Assembly: GCA_046313915.1 (NCBI GenBank) | Contig: JBKBXX010000004.1 | Span: forward strand, 1-62,065 | Source: Burkholderiales bacterium | GTDB lineage: Bacteria > Pseudomonadota > Gammaproteobacteria > Burkholderiales > SG8-41 | Length of the DNA: 62,065 nt | Direction of reading: 5' to 3' | Shown here: positions 27,295 through 37,530 of the stretch, in pieces | How positions within the stretch are numbered: the first letter of the stretch is position 1 | How the letters are laid out: each line of letters begins with the position of its first letter | The notes under the pieces: model-generated | Databases searched by the model: none | Told to the model about the DNA's origin: nothing | What the model saw: the letters and a program-made list of their open reading frames with translations, nothing else | Made by a program: the position numbers and the translations under genes

Positions 27295-28647
27295 ATGTTT
27301 TTTGTACGCTTCGGGGTGTTCCCGAAACGGTGGCGGTGGCGCGGAGCGCGCAAGCTCCCTGCACGCTATCTTCCAATCGCGCTCTGGTGTATGGCTGCCG
27401 GACTGGCGCTGCCCGCATCGGCTGCCGAACCGGTATTGCCGGCAGCCCCCAGCGCCGTTTCGCTCGACAAGCTGGTGGCCGAGGCGCTGCAGAACAATCC
27501 CGAGATCCGGGCTGCGCACAAGGAGCAGGCGGCGGCAGCGGAGCGTGTCGCGCCCGCCGGCGCGCTCGACGACCCCATGCTCGAGGCGGGCATCGTCAGC
27601 CTGCCGAGCAACTCGCTGCGGTTTGACCGCGAAGACATGACGATGAAAATGATCGGCTTGTCACAGCGTTTCCCTTATCCCGGCAAGCGCGGTCTGCGTG
27701 AAGATGTGGCGGCGCGCGAAGCCCAGGCGGCCGGCTACAACTACCAGGAAATCGCCAATCGCATCATCCGCGACCTCAAGCTGGCCTATTTCGATCTCGG
27801 ATTGGTGATCGCTTCGACACGCCTGGTCGAAAACACCAAGCTGATCATCGAACAGCTCTTGCGCATTGCCGAAACCCGCTATGCGGTGGGGCAAGGCACC
27901 CAGGCCGACGTGCTGAAAGCACAAACGCAACTCTCGAAGATGATGGACGAGCTGATCAGACTCGAGCGCGAGCGCCCGATGGCGGAGGCCGAACTCAACC
28001 GCGCACTGGGGCGCAGCGCTGCTGCGCCGGCGCCGCTGCCCGAAGCCGCCAGCCTCGGCGAGACGAAGCTGCAATTGCAGGCGCTGTACGAAGCGGCGCT
28101 GCGCGCACGTCCCCAGCTGCTCGCATTGGAAAAAACGATTGCCCGCAACGAAAAGGCGCTGGAGCTTGCGCAGAAGGACTATTATCCGGACTTCGACGTG
28201 CGCTTTTCCTATGGCCAGCGCGAAACGATGCCCGATGGCACGCGCCGCGCCGATCTGGTGAACTTTACCGTCGCCATCAATCTTCCCGTGTGGCGCGAGC
28301 GCAAGCTCGCGCCGCGCGTGGCCGAAGCGCAAGCCATGCGCGACCAGGCCCGGATGATGTACGAGGCACAGCGCAACGAGCTCGGCGCGAAATTGCGCCA
28401 GCAGGTCGCCACCGCAGAACAATCGCTGCGCTCGGCACGGCTCTATCGCAGCGACATTCTGCCGCAAGCGCGCCTTACGGCCGAGGCGTCGCTTGCCGCC
28501 TACAAGGTGGGCCGGGCCGATTTCATGACGTTGCTCGACAGCCAGATGGCGGTGCTCAATTATGAAATCGCTTACGCGACGGCGGTTACCAATTACAACA
28601 AGGCGCTGGCGGAAATCGACCTGATCACCGGCGGCCCGTCATTCTGA
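27295..28647 (+). CDS. TolC family outer membrane factor of the metal RND system
   Basis: OEP repeats; SD GGAGG at 27284-27288. Confidence 0.9.
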   Translation: MFFVRFGVFPKRWRWRGARKLPARYLPIALWCMAAGLALPASAAEPVLPAAPSAVSLDKLVAEALQNNPEIRAAHKEQAAAAERVAPAGALDDPMLEAGIVSLPSNSLRFDREDMTMKMIGLSQRFPYPGKRGLREDVAAREAQAAGYNYQEIANRIIRDLKLAYFDLGLVIASTRLVENTKLIIEQLLRIAETRYAVGQGTQADVLKAQTQLSKMMDELIRLERERPMAEAELNRALGRSAAAPAPLPEAASLGETKLQLQALYEAALRARPQLLALEKTIARNEKALELAQKDYYPDFDVRFSYGQRETMPDGTRRADLVNFTVAINLPVWRERKLAPRVAEAQAMRDQARMMYEAQRNELGAKLRQQVATAEQSLRSARLYRSDILPQARLTAEASLAAYKVGRADFMTLLDSQMAVLNYEIAYATAVTNYNKALAEIDLITGGPSF

Positions 28648-28684
28648 ACGAACCCATAATCATGCCGAAATCCTGGAGACGATC

Positions 28685-30301
28685 ATGAAGCGGATGGCCA
28701 TCTCGACCCTCGTTCTGGCGCTGACAGGCGCCGCGCTGGCGGCCGGTTACTGGTGGGGAAGCCGCACGAGCGAAAGCGCGAGACCGAGGACGGAAATCGC
28801 CGACGCCGGCAATGCGGAGACCGCAAAAAAAACCGAACGCCGGATACTTTACTATCGCAACCCCATGGGCTTGCCCGACATCTCGCCGACGCCGAAAAAG
28901 GATCCGATGGGCATGGATTACATCCCGGTCTATGAAGGCGAGGAACAGGCGGCGAGCGGCTCCGCAGTGAAAATCAGCATCGACAAGGTGCAAAAACTGG
29001 GCGTGAGGACCGAGGCCGTTGCGCTGCGCGAACTGATCCGCACCGTGCGCGCCGTGGGCATCATCCAGCCGGACGAGCGGCGCATCTACGCGGTGGCGCC
29101 GAAATTCGAGGGCTGGATCGAGCAATTGCATGTCAATGCCACCGGCCAACCGGTGACGCGCGGCCAGCCATTGATGGAGGTATACAGCCCCGAACTGGTC
29201 AGCGCGCAGCAGGAATACCTGATTGCCTGGAAAGGAGTGGAGGCGGTCAAGGACGGCAGCCCGGAAGCCCAGGCCGGCATGCGGCAGCTGGTGTCCAGCG
29301 CGCTGCAACGGTTGAAGAACTGGGACATTTCCGAAACCGAGCTGCAGCGCCTGCAGAAGGAAGGTGTTGCCCGACAGACGGTGACGTTGCGCTCGCCGGT
29401 TGGCGGCGTAGTGCTGGAGAAACCGGCGCTGAAGGGCATGCGTTTCATGCCGGGCGAGACGCTCTACAAAATTTCGGATCTATCGTCGTTATGGCTGCTC
29501 GCGGACGTTTTCGAGCAGGAACTCGCGCTGATCCGTCCCGGCCAGGCGGTGAAAATCACGGTCAATGCCTATCCCGGCAATACCTTTCCCGGCAAGGTCG
29601 CGTTCGTTTATCCGACGCTCACGCCGGAAACCCGCACCGCAAAAGTGCGCATCGAGCTTGCCAATCCGCGGGGACTGCTGAAGCCGGACATGTACGCGAA
29701 CGTCGAGCTGCTCGCCGGCAGCCCGCAGGCGAAAGCGCTGGCTGTGCCGGACTCGGCGGTGATCGACAGCGGCACGCGGCAGATCGTGCTGGTGCAGCTC
29801 GGTGCGGGCCTGTTCGAACCGCGCACGGTGAAGCTTGGCGCGCGCGCCGACGGCTACGTCGAGGTGCTGGACGGCCTGCGGGCTGGAGAAAACGTCGTGA
29901 CCAGCGCCAACTTCCTGATCGATTCGGAAAGCAATCTCAAGGCGGCATTGGGCGCGTTTGGTGCAGCGGGTGGCGAACTCGTCCGGCAGCGAGCGGCCGC
30001 GGATGCGCCGCCCGCTGCGGCACAAGTGCACAAGGGGCAGGGCAAGCTGGAAGACATCGATGCCAAGAGCGGCACTGTCACTATCGCTCATGGCCCGATT
30101 CCGAGTCTCAAATGGCCGGCGATGACCATGGAATTCCAGGTCGGGGACAAAGCGCTGCTGAAAAACGTGAAACCCGGTCAGAATGTGGCAATCGATATTG
30201 TGCAACGGGGGCCGGGCGAGTACGTGATCACGCAAATCACACCTGCCGCGGCACCGACCGCGGGCGCGCCGGCAAACGCCGCCGACCACAAGGGGCATTG
30301 A
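28685..30301 (+). CDS. cusB: RND periplasmic adaptor with fused C-terminal CusF domain
   Basis: NPM..KDPMGMDY, MFP core, HGPIPSLKWPAMTM. Confidence 0.92.
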   Translation: MKRMAISTLVLALTGAALAAGYWWGSRTSESARPRTEIADAGNAETAKKTERRILYYRNPMGLPDISPTPKKDPMGMDYIPVYEGEEQAASGSAVKISIDKVQKLGVRTEAVALRELIRTVRAVGIIQPDERRIYAVAPKFEGWIEQLHVNATGQPVTRGQPLMEVYSPELVSAQQEYLIAWKGVEAVKDGSPEAQAGMRQLVSSALQRLKNWDISETELQRLQKEGVARQTVTLRSPVGGVVLEKPALKGMRFMPGETLYKISDLSSLWLLADVFEQELALIRPGQAVKITVNAYPGNTFPGKVAFVYPTLTPETRTAKVRIELANPRGLLKPDMYANVELLAGSPQAKALAVPDSAVIDSGTRQIVLVQLGAGLFEPRTVKLGARADGYVEVLDGLRAGENVVTSANFLIDSESNLKAALGAFGAAGGELVRQRAAADAPPAAAQVHKGQGKLEDIDAKSGTVTIAHGPIPSLKWPAMTMEFQVGDKALLKNVKPGQNVAIDIVQRGPGEYVITQITPAAAPTAGAPANAADHKGH

Positions 30302-30302
30302 C

Positions 30303-33300
30303 ATGCTGAGCCGCATCATCGAATGGTCGGTGCGCAACGTTTTTCTGGTACTGCTCGGCACGGTATTCGTCGCTGGCGCCGGGATTTACGCGCTGGTCAA
30401 AACACCGCTCGACGCCATTCCGGATCTTTCGGACGTGCAGGTGATCGTTTACACCGAATATCCGGGCCAGGCGCCGCAGGTGGTGGAAGACCAGGTCACC
30501 TATCCGCTGACCACCGCCATGCTGAGCGTGCCGCGCTCGAAAGTGGTGCGCGGATTTTCGTTTTTCGGCGCCTCCTTCGTCTATGTCATTTTCGAGGATG
30601 GCACCGACATCTACTGGGCGCGTTCGCGCGTGCTCGAATATCTGAATTTCGCGGCCGGCCGCCTGCCGCGCGGCGTCACGCCATCGCTGGGGCCGGACGC
30701 CACCGGCGTGGGCTGGGTTTATCAGTACGTGGTGCTCGGTGCCAATCGCACGCTGGCGGAGTTGCGCACCCTGCAGGACTGGTTCGTCCGCTATCAACTC
30801 ACCAAGGCGCAGGGGGTTGCCGAAGTGGCGAGTGTCGGCGGTTTTGTCCAGCAGTACCAGGTCATCGTCAATCCGCGCAAGCTCCAGGCTTACGGCATTC
30901 CGCTGGCGAAAATCACGCAGGTGATCCGCATGAGCAATACCGATGTCGGCGGGCGTGTGGTGGAAATGGCGGAAACGGAGTTCATGGTGCGCGGGCGCGG
31001 CTATCTGCGCGGTGTTGCTGATCTCGAGCAACTGGTGGTGAAAGCCGAAGGCGGCGTGCCGGTATTGCTGAGGGATGTCGCGCGCGTGGAACTCGGCCCC
31101 GACGAGCGGCGCGGCATCACCGAATTGAACGGCGACGGCGAGGCCGTTGCCGGCATCGCGATGGCGAGATACAGCCAGAACGCGCTTGAAGTCATCAATA
31201 ACGTAAAAACCAAAATCGCGGAGATCGCGGCCGGATTGCCGCAGGGCGTTACCCTCGAAGCGGTTTATGACCGCTCCGAGCTGATCTATCGCGCCATCAG
31301 GAACCTGCAGACTACGCTGATCGAGGAAAGCCTGATCGTGGCGCTGGTGTGCATCGTGTTTCTGCTGCACGTCAGAAGTGCCCTGGTCGCGATCATCATG
31401 CTGCCGATCGGCGTTCTGATTGCCTTCATCGCGATGCGCGCTCTCGGTCTCAATTCCAACATCATGAGCCTGGGCGGGATCGCCATCGCCATCGGTGCGA
31501 TGGTCGACGCCGCGATTGTGATGATCGAAAACACTCACAAGCACCTGGAACGTCTGCAACCGGGCGCATCGCGCCTGGAGGCAATCATCGTGGCGTGCCG
31601 CGAAGTCGGCCCTGCGCTGTTTTTCAGCCTACTCATCATCACCATCTCGTTTCTGCCGGTGTTCACGCTGGAGGCGCAGGAAGGGCGGTTGTTCGCTCCA
31701 CTTGCCTTCACCAAGACCTTTGCCATGGCGGGAGCGGCTTTGCTTTCGATCACGCTGGTCCCGGTGCTGATGCTGCTGTTCGTGCGCGGGCGGATCATGC
31801 CGGAGGCGAAAAATCCCATAAACCGCTTTCTCATCTGGATCTACCGGCCGGTCATCGCACTGGTGATGCGCTGGAAAAAGCTCACCATTGCCATTGCTGT
31901 CGCCGTCATGGCGTTGTCGGTATCACCGGCGCTGAAACTGGGCACGGAGTTCATGCCGACCCTCAACGAAGGCACACTGCTCTACATGCCGACGGGGCTG
32001 CCGGGGATGTCGGTCACCAAGGCGGCCGAGCTGATGCAGACCCAGAACCGCATCATCAAAAGTTTTCCCGAGGTGGCGTCGGTGTTCGGCAAAGCCGGAC
32101 GCGCCGGGAGCGCGACCGATCCGGCACCCATTGAAATGTTTGAAACGGTGATCAATCTCAAGCCGGAAAACGAATGGCGCCCGGGCATGACGATCGACAA
32201 ACTGATTGCCGAATTGGATCGGGCGGTGCAGCTGCCGGGCGTGAGCAACGCCTGGACCATGCCGATCAAGGCGCGCATCGACATGCTGTCCACGGGGATC
32301 CGCACTCCTATCGGCATCAAGGTGTTCGGCAAGGACCTCGCCGGGATGGAGCGCCTGGCAAAACAGATCGAGGCGGTGGTGAAAACCGTTCCCGGCACCA
32401 CCAGCGCCTATGCCGAGCGCATCACCGGCGGCTATTTTCTCGATATCGAGCCCGACCGCGTGGCGCTCGCGCGTTATGGACTGGCGGTGGGCGATCTGCA
32501 GGAGGTGATCGGCACTGCGCTCGGCGGCGATCTGGTGACCACCACCGTCGAGGGCCGGGAGCGCTTCGGTGTCATCGTGCGCTATCCGCGCGAGCTGCGT
32601 AACGATCCGCAGGCGATTGCCACCCAAGTGCTGGTGCCGGCGATGGGCGGCGCGATGATACCGCTGGGCCAGGTTGCCAAAGTGACGGTCACGCGCGGGG
32701 CGCCGAGCATACGGACCGAGAACGCGCTGCTTTCCGCCTACATTTTCGTCGACATGCGCGGCCGCGACATCGGCGGCTACGTCGCCGACGCGCAGAAGGC
32801 GGTGCGCGAGCAGGTGGAGTTCCAGCCCGGCTACTACATTACTTGGAGCGGCCAGTTCGAGTATCTGGAGCGTGCCAAGGAGCGCATGAAAGTAGTGGTG
32901 CCGGTGACCGTGCTGCTGATCTTCATACTGCTGTATCTCAATTTCAGACGTCTCACCGAAACGCTGATTGTGATGCTGTCGGTGCCGTTTTCTCTGGTGG
33001 GAGGGGTCTGGCTGATGTACCTGCTCGATTACAACATCAGCGTGGCGGTCGTGGTGGGATTCATCGCGCTCGCCGGTGTGGCGGCCGAAACCGGGGTGGT
33101 GATGCTGCTTTATCTTGACCATGCATTCAGGACGGCGGTGGCCAGGCAGCACGCAGCGGGCCGACCTGTCACTGCGTCTGATCTGTACGATGCGGTCATG
33201 CAGGGCGCGGTGGAACGGGTGCGGCCGAAAATGATGACGGTGGTGGCGATCATGGCTGGCCTGTTGCCGATCATGTGGGGCAGCGGCACCGGCTCCGAGG

Positions 33301-33425
33301 TGATGCGCCGCATTGCCGCGCCCATGGTCGGGGGAATGATTTCCTCGACCGCCCTCACCCTGATCGTGATTCCCGCGATCTACGCGCTGGTGAAGGAATT
33401 TACGCTCAGCCGCAACGGCGTGTAA
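30303..33425 (+). CDS. cusA: CusA/SilA heavy metal RND permease
   Basis: LDAIPDLSDVQV, GAMVDAAIVMIEN, RVRPKMMT. Confidence 0.95.
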   Translation: MLSRIIEWSVRNVFLVLLGTVFVAGAGIYALVKTPLDAIPDLSDVQVIVYTEYPGQAPQVVEDQVTYPLTTAMLSVPRSKVVRGFSFFGASFVYVIFEDGTDIYWARSRVLEYLNFAAGRLPRGVTPSLGPDATGVGWVYQYVVLGANRTLAELRTLQDWFVRYQLTKAQGVAEVASVGGFVQQYQVIVNPRKLQAYGIPLAKITQVIRMSNTDVGGRVVEMAETEFMVRGRGYLRGVADLEQLVVKAEGGVPVLLRDVARVELGPDERRGITELNGDGEAVAGIAMARYSQNALEVINNVKTKIAEIAAGLPQGVTLEAVYDRSELIYRAIRNLQTTLIEESLIVALVCIVFLLHVRSALVAIIMLPIGVLIAFIAMRALGLNSNIMSLGGIAIAIGAMVDAAIVMIENTHKHLERLQPGASRLEAIIVACREVGPALFFSLLIITISFLPVFTLEAQEGRLFAPLAFTKTFAMAGAALLSITLVPVLMLLFVRGRIMPEAKNPINRFLIWIYRPVIALVMRWKKLTIAIAVAVMALSVSPALKLGTEFMPTLNEGTLLYMPTGLPGMSVTKAAELMQTQNRIIKSFPEVASVFGKAGRAGSATDPAPIEMFETVINLKPENEWRPGMTIDKLIAELDRAVQLPGVSNAWTMPIKARIDMLSTGIRTPIGIKVFGKDLAGMERLAKQIEAVVKTVPGTTSAYAERITGGYFLDIEPDRVALARYGLAVGDLQEVIGTALGGDLVTTTVEGRERFGVIVRYPRELRNDPQAIATQVLVPAMGGAMIPLGQVAKVTVTRGAPSIRTENALLSAYIFVDMRGRDIGGYVADAQKAVREQVEFQPGYYITWSGQFEYLERAKERMKVVVPVTVLLIFILLYLNFRRLTETLIVMLSVPFSLVGGVWLMYLLDYNISVAVVVGFIALAGVAAETGVVMLLYLDHAFRTAVARQHAAGRPVTASDLYDAVMQGAVERVRPKMMTVVAIMAGLLPIMWGSGTGSEVMRRIAAPMVGGMISSTALTLIVIPAIYALVKEFTLSRNGV

Positions 33426-33475
33426 AAGGGACTGTAACCGCAGGCGGCGAATCGAATGCAACCGAGGAGGATGTC

Positions 33476-33814
33476 ATGGATATTAAAATCATCATCGCCA
33501 TTATCCGGACCGACAGGCTGGAGAAGGTGGAAAAGGAGCTGCAACGAATCGGCGTCGAATGTATCAGCGTCTCAAAAGTGAAGGGATACGGCGAGTATCA
33601 GGATTTTTTCGAACGTGACTGGATGGTCGAGGAAGTCAGGCTTGAAATACTCACCAGGCGGGAGGAGGTGGATGCCATCACGGCGGCGATCATGGCGGCT
33701 GCGCATACCGGTTTGCCCGGCGATGGCGTCGTCGCGGTGGTTCCGGTCGAAAAACTGTTTCTGATCCGCACGCGATCCGAGGTCACTGCTGACGACTGCT
33801 GGTTGCCGAAATGA
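33476..33814 (+). CDS. PII-like protein with shortened T-loop
   Basis: AIIR..L, VKGYG, AAHTGLPGDG; SD GAGGAGG. Confidence 0.85.
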   Translation: MDIKIIIAIIRTDRLEKVEKELQRIGVECISVSKVKGYGEYQDFFERDWMVEEVRLEILTRREEVDAITAAIMAAAHTGLPGDGVVAVVPVEKLFLIRTRSEVTADDCWLPK

Positions 33815-33833
33815 GCAATGGTGTTCCTTGCTT

Positions 33834-34454
33834 TCACGATGCGGCCGGCTCGGCGCGTCCGCAATAGACGTAACTCATCGGTCGTGGTCCCTTCGCATAC
33901 CCCGTTTCGAGTTCCGTGATCCGGAAGCCTGCAGCCTGAATCAGTTGATCCATTTTCCGGTTGAGGTTGCATCCTCCGGCTATCCTGCCCCACAGCGGGT
34001 TGAGCCGTTGCTGCCAGCGTTGAACTCGGACTTCGGGGGCGAGGCCGTGCTCGGCGAACAGCAGTATCCCGCCGGGCTTGAGCACCCGCTTCATTTCCTT
34101 CAAGGCCTTCAGCGGGTCGGGGATAGAACACAGGGTCCAGGTCATGACCACGGTGTCGACGCAGCCGTCATCCAGCGGAATTTTTTCACTCGAGTGCGCC
34201 AGAAATTCGACAGGCAACGTAATGCCACGGGTTTTTTTTCTGGCCATCACCAGCAGCTCCTTCGACGGATCGAGTCCATAGAGGTGATCGACACCGCTAC
34301 CGTAAAAAGGCAGGTTGAGCCCCGAGCCGACGCCGATCTCAAGGACCGTGCCGCGCGCCCGGGGTACGATTTGCGCGCGGTAACGCGTCGCCTCCTTGTT
34401 CCGCATGGCGATGTCTATGAAACGCGGTAGTACCCATTTGTCGTAGAAGCTCAT
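33834..34454 (-). CDS. class I SAM-dependent methyltransferase
   Basis: VLEIGVGSGLN, WTLCSI, EHG, GGCNLNR. Confidence 0.9.
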   Translation of the reverse strand: MSFYDKWVLPRFIDIAMRNKEATRYRAQIVPRARGTVLEIGVGSGLNLPFYGSGVDHLYGLDPSKELLVMARKKTRGITLPVEFLAHSSEKIPLDDGCVDTVVMTWTLCSIPDPLKALKEMKRVLKPGGILLFAEHGLAPEVRVQRWQQRLNPLWGRIAGGCNLNRKMDQLIQAAGFRITELETGYAKGPRPMSYVYCGRAEPAAS

Positions 34455-34674
34455 ATCATGGTGGTGACGAATCAAATGAGTGGGTGCAAGAAAACACCAT
34501 GTTCCGACGACTGTCGCCCGGTTTTCGCCGGGACCGGCGGAGGTTCACGCGTTGCGCACAAAGAGAAGAACGCACTTGGGCCGGATTTCGAAAAGTATGC
34601 ATATGCGCTCGTCGACGAACAGCACGGCAGGCGCGGGCGAATCGACGATGACAGGCTCATGGCGATGTGGCGAA

Positions 34675-35415
34675 CTATCCGATGCTTCCCAACACCGGGA
34701 AAGTCCGCAACAGCCACCAGGAAAAAGCCGTAAGCTGGCCGGTAATCATGGCAAACCCCATGAGCACCATCACAATGCCCGCCACGATCTGGAGCCAACG
34801 GCCGATGTGCCCGAAGTTCCGGAGCCGTTTTGCAAATGCGCCGGTAAAGACTGCGCAAGCGAGAAACGGGATTCCGAGTCCGACAGAGTATATGCCCAGC
34901 AGGATAATGCCACCGGAGACCGAGACGGCTACTGCGCTTACCGTGAGTATCGCTCCCAGCACCGGTCCGATGCACGGTGTCCAACCGAATCCGAACGCGA
35001 GACCCAACACGTACGCGGCCAGCGGCTGTCCGCTGCCGACTCGGGGATGGAGACGGAAATCGTATTGCAACCACGGGATTTTCAGGAACCCCGCCGTGAA
35101 AAGGCCGAACATGATGACGATGGCACCACCTGCAATATTGGTCTCGTAGCGGTAGCGCAAAAGCAGTTGCCCGAGTGCAGTGGCGCTTGCGCCGAGCGCG
35201 ATGAATATCGTCGAGAAACCCAGCACGAAGCACAGACTCAGCACGAGCGCCGAAAGCCTGCTGGTGATGTGTTCCTCATGGCCCGGACGTGTCAGCGAGT
35301 GGCCGGCGACGTAGGAAACATAGGCGGGCACCAGCGGCAGCACGCAAGGCGAGAGAAAGGAGATCACTCCCGCTGCGAAGGCGGTCAATAAGCCGAGACT
35401 GGAGATATCACTCAT
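34675..35415 (-). CDS. ccdA: cytochrome c biogenesis / thiol-disulfide transporter CcdA
   Basis: SFLSPCVLP and GWTPCIGP. Confidence 0.92.
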   Translation of the reverse strand: MSDISSLGLLTAFAAGVISFLSPCVLPLVPAYVSYVAGHSLTRPGHEEHITSRLSALVLSLCFVLGFSTIFIALGASATALGQLLLRYRYETNIAGGAIVIMFGLFTAGFLKIPWLQYDFRLHPRVGSGQPLAAYVLGLAFGFGWTPCIGPVLGAILTVSAVAVSVSGGIILLGIYSVGLGIPFLACAVFTGAFAKRLRNFGHIGRWLQIVAGIVMVLMGFAMITGQLTAFSWWLLRTFPVLGSIG

Positions 35416-35503
35416 CGCAATGCGCCCTGCCCATTTTCCATTCTCATGCCGGAGTGCAGTCCGGCAAGCCCGAGGTGCGTGGGTTGCGGTGATATGTTCT
35501 TTT

Positions 35504-35962
35504 TCAGCAACATTTCTTCATGTCTTCTTTTAGCTTTTCGATGACGGTGCTGTTTTTTCCAGATTGGCGGCGCGGCACGAAAAATGCCGTCGCCAGAATC
35601 AGCAGCGCGACGATGGCGAGCGTCAGCAGCTTCCAGTGCGGGACGGCGAGGCCGTAGGCAGCTACGAAGCCGGTCGGCAGGAACAGCGTTTTCCATAGCA
35701 GCGGCGAACGGCCGCCGGGCAGACGCTTTTCAAGCTGATCGCCGGTTCCAACCACCGATGCGCCCAAAAGTATCGCGAGCATCGAGACATCAAAATCAAA
35801 GCCTGCAAAGCGCCCCGCCAGCATCCACAGCCACGTTCCGGAAATGCCGACGCAGATGGGACAAATGGAGAAGGGCAGAATCTTTGCCGCCAGCCATGCC
35901 AGCCCCGTAATGGCGAATATCGATACGATCGTGACGAGTGAGGTGGTCATGAAGTTTGCCAT
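35504..35962 (-). CDS. membrane protein with CPIC motif and C-terminal KKCC
   Basis: Several TMs, ICPICVG, terminal CC; start uncertain. Confidence 0.7.
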   Translation of the reverse strand: MANFMTTSLVTIVSIFAITGLAWLAAKILPFSICPICVGISGTWLWMLAGRFAGFDFDVSMLAILLGASVVGTGDQLEKRLPGGRSPLLWKTLFLPTGFVAAYGLAVPHWKLLTLAIVALLILATAFFVPRRQSGKNSTVIEKLKEDMKKCC

Positions 35963-35972
35963 GGCAAACACG

Positions 35973-36893
35973 TCAATCGTTTTTCAGCGGGGTGCCGCAC
36001 TTTGCACAGAAGCGGTCGTCCGGGGCCCGCCGGGTGCCGCATTGGGGGCAGAGGCGGGAATTTTTCCGTTGAACGCCGGCTGCGGCTCCGCGCTGTCGCC
36101 ACCACAGAAAAGCCGCCCCGCTTCCGGTGAGCAGTGCCACGGCGCCGGCCAGAATCATGGCCCACCAGCCGGCTGGTTTGCCGCTGGAGCGACCGGGAGT
36201 CTGGGGCTGAAGTATCTCCGAGGAAGTTCGCGAATCCGTTTTCGTGTAGTGGATCCTGATCGGCAGCTGTTTCCCCGCCGCCAGGGCACCCAATTCTGCC
36301 GACAGGTAGCGCAGCCCGTCTTCGCCGATTGCGGTGGCGTCGAGGTTCGGCTGCGCCGAGAGACCGAGCGCTCCTGCGGGCTCTTGAACCACTACGCTCA
36401 GCCGGTCTGCCGCCAAGTCGCCCGGCCAGACATAGGTGTAGCTGCGTTGTGGCGCGGCTGTGGCGAGCGGTTCGTAGAATTCGACGTGGAACAGGCGTTG
36501 TGGGATCTCGAAGCTTACCGTGATGAAATCGTCGGCATTCTTGCGCTCGTAATTTACGTTGAAGAGCCTGGCCCCCGGCCCAGCTGCCGAGGCCACTGCC
36601 GTCGGGCCGCCGGATGAAGCCGGGGTGCGAAGCGATATGGCGGCTGGCAACGCGATGTCTGCCGCCAGCTCGCCCTTGAGGATCACCAGCGCTGCCGGGC
36701 GGTCGAATTCCGGCCAGATTTCGATTTGCAGACTTGCAAGCCGCGGATTTGCCTTGAGCGCACCGCGATCCGGCGGATCAGCGGCAAGGGCGGGCAGCAG
36801 AAAGACAGCCAGGACGATCGTCAGGACTCGCGATGCAACAAGGGCTTGGGCGCCGCTATCCCCGGTTTCCTGTTGTTTTGTCAGGTTTTCCAT
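35973..36893 (-). CDS. membrane-anchored protein with C-terminal zinc ribbon
   Basis: Periplasmic domain (IWPEFD), TM, CPQC..FCAKCG. Confidence 0.8.
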   Translation of the reverse strand: MENLTKQQETGDSGAQALVASRVLTIVLAVFLLPALAADPPDRGALKANPRLASLQIEIWPEFDRPAALVILKGELAADIALPAAISLRTPASSGGPTAVASAAGPGARLFNVNYERKNADDFITVSFEIPQRLFHVEFYEPLATAAPQRSYTYVWPGDLAADRLSVVVQEPAGALGLSAQPNLDATAIGEDGLRYLSAELGALAAGKQLPIRIHYTKTDSRTSSEILQPQTPGRSSGKPAGWWAMILAGAVALLTGSGAAFLWWRQRGAAAGVQRKNSRLCPQCGTRRAPDDRFCAKCGTPLKND

Positions 36894-36937
36894 GCAGGTT
36901 TCCTTCGCCCCGGAACGCGATGCTGTGCAGGCCGGCT

Positions 36938-37513
36938 TCATTTATGCAGCTCATTTATCAGCGGAACGATTTTTTCTTGCACGATTTGTGGTGTCAATGG
37001 CCCGATTTGCTTGTAGGCGATGCGGCCGTCACGGCCAATGACGAAAGTTTCCGGCACGCCATAGACACCCCAGTCGATCGCCACCCGGCCGTTGATGTCG
37101 GCGCCGGTGCGCGTATACGGGTCTCCCAGATCGTCGAGCCATTTCTCGGCATCCTCCGGTTTGTCCTTGTAATTGAGCCCATGGATGGGGACAACGCCTT
37201 TTTCCTTGAGTTCCATCAGCAGCGGGTGCTCGGCGCGGCAGGCTACGCACCACGAGGCGAATACGTTGACCAGCGACACCTCACCCTTGAGGTCGGTGCT
37301 GGCGAGCCCTGATGTGCGGCCCTTGACCGGCGGCAAGCTGAATTCCGGCACCGGTTTGCCGATCAACGGTGACGGGATTTCCCTCGGGTTCAGTGTCAGT
37401 CCGATGCCGAACAACACCACCATGCCGAGGAACAGCAGCAAGGGCACGAATCCTCCCCAGCGTCCGACTCTTCGCGGCAAACCGGTGTTGCTCACGTCGA
37501 CGTTGTCACTCAT
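36938..37513 (-). CDS. dsbE: DsbE/CcmG thiol:disulfide interchange protein
   Basis: NVFASWCVACRAEH, GVYGVPETF. Confidence 0.92.
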   Translation of the reverse strand: MSDNVDVSNTGLPRRVGRWGGFVPLLLFLGMVVLFGIGLTLNPREIPSPLIGKPVPEFSLPPVKGRTSGLASTDLKGEVSLVNVFASWCVACRAEHPLLMELKEKGVVPIHGLNYKDKPEDAEKWLDDLGDPYTRTGADINGRVAIDWGVYGVPETFVIGRDGRIAYKQIGPLTPQIVQEKIVPLINELHK

Positions 37514-37530
37514 TGTGCATGGCTCCTATA

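Noticed and set aside
34472..34660. Short ORF between ccdA and the methyltransferase
   Set aside because: No family features; may be a remnant or spurious
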